This document shows, piece by piece, positions 62,901 to 64,000 of a DNA stretch of 64,000 nt. A model generated the notes under the pieces. That model saw nothing but the letters and a program-made list of their open reading frames with translations, was not told the DNA's origin and did not search any database. The DNA is from Mobula hypostoma. Taxonomy: Eukaryota. How positions within the stretch are numbered: position 1 is the stretch's first letter; each line of letters starts with the position of its first letter. The stretch covers positions 36,086,001 through 36,150,000 of the forward strand of contig NC_086108.1 in NCBI RefSeq assembly GCF_963921235.1. Direction: 5' to 3'. The position numbers and the translations under genes were made by a program.

Positions 62901-63770
62901 GTCTGCTCATTTCGTTGTTGATGACTGCTGTCTTGTGGACGTTGCTTATATCTTGCAGGTTTTCTGTAAGGGCTGGTGTCATGGTCCGTACATTCCAAGT
63001 ACCTTTCTTGAGGGCTGGATACTTTTGACGTTTCCTTTTATTGCCAGGTGTAAGGTTATCGATCCATCTGTCAGGGGTTCCCTGAGTCTTACACACGCAG
63101 TGGAGCAAGTGGGCCGTGGTGAGGCAGCACCTACTTGCCTGGGGACTGCCCAGCTTGAGGTCCTAGGGGCTCTCCCACCATTAGAAGCAGCCCCTGATGC
63201 TTCACTCTATGCCAATCGAGTGCAGTGGCTTATCACTGGTAACTGCTGCTTCCTGTGTTGTGTCAATGCTGAGTAGTGATGTTGGGGTGTCCTCCAGGGC
63301 ACAAGCCTGGGCGGGAGGATTTGAAGAACTGACTGTTGCCCGTGCAGCGGGTTTCCCTTCTCCACATCACTGAGGTAGTCCAAGGGTAGGGCAAGCTCTG
63401 ATATAGTTTGGCACCAGTGTTGTCACAGAGGTTGTCAGAGTGAAGTTGTTAACAACATCAAACTGCCTTGGGGACCCCAGCTCTGGATTTCTTCCTTGGG
63501 GTTTACTCCCAAAGACTTTCCCATGAGTGGGTATGGCTGCAAGGCAGCGGAGCTTTAAAATTAGAGTTTTCCTTCTTTTAGGCGGGCTGCCGTCCAAGGC
63601 TGACGGACCCCACTTGCCGGAAGCAGCAGGTTTTGAGGCGCCAGTGGTCTGCCTTTGCCCCTTCTCTTGTCAGTAGAAACAGTTCTGCTGGGCCTAGTAG
63701 CTAAGCCACACGTGAAGGCCAAGAGTTGGACTTGGTTGTCAGAAGCTGTTAGAGACGTGTGCCATTTGGA
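59945..63770 (-). mobile_element. Near full-length RTE-clade LINE, decayed
   Basis: APE GTWNVRTM and TDHSLV; RT NYRGVSLLS, VKHGCVLVPTLF, DFLFADDA; C-terminal CTQCGKDCHSRIGLHSH; 5' UTR boundary approximate. Confidence 0.88.
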
Positions 63771-64000
63771 GCACTTTATAGTTAGTGGAAATCTCTTTCA
63801 ATACCTCCAGTAATATAGCCCCATTCAGTGCTCCAGGGTAGAAAATTCTGGATATTCGTCACCCTCTGCAAGAAGAAATTCTAACACACCAGAGTTTTAA
63901 ATGACCACTCCCCATTCTTGGTACATGTCTCCTGATTTGAGATTGTCCCACTAGTGGAAACACCTCAATATTTACCTTTCTATGTTCCTTAGAATTGTAA

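Noticed and set aside
63370..63770. HDV-like ribozyme in the RTE 5' UTR
   Set aside because: Known for some RTE elements, but I could not fold a convincing nested double pseudoknot by eye; needs a descriptor or covariance-model search.

Overview
Eukaryotic (vertebrate) genomic DNA that is mostly transposable elements. The repeat set (CR1, Rex1/Babar, RTE, Penelope-like, V-SINEs, hAT, Tc1, Gypsy) suggests a cartilaginous fish, probably a ray; this is an inference. Two host genes lie head-to-head in the arrangement known from other vertebrates. GLRX2 (glutaredoxin-2) is on the minus strand with three well-supported coding exons (25480-25543, 23094-23270, 20327-20476) and a candidate first exon (26352-26509). 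CDC73 (parafibromin) is on the plus strand with exon 1 CDS at 35701-35831 and exon 2 at 58155-58260, separated by a 22.3-kb TE-filled intron. Main observations: (i) this GLRX2 has a DsbA-type CPHC active site, and its candidate first exon encodes a signal-peptide-like rather than mitochondrial-presequence-like N-terminus, raising the untested hypothesis of a secretory-pathway glutaredoxin; (ii) Penelope-like elements carry minimal hammerhead ribozymes, one in sense orientation inside a GLRX2 intron and paired with its own inverted copy, and several form fold-back insertions with 11-13 bp TSDs; (iii) a three-level nest (CR1 containing a chromoviral Gypsy containing an RNase-H LINE) whose two LTRs show one-sided CpG loss. 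TE family names come from recognised motifs, not database searches, and boundaries without a TSD are approximate.
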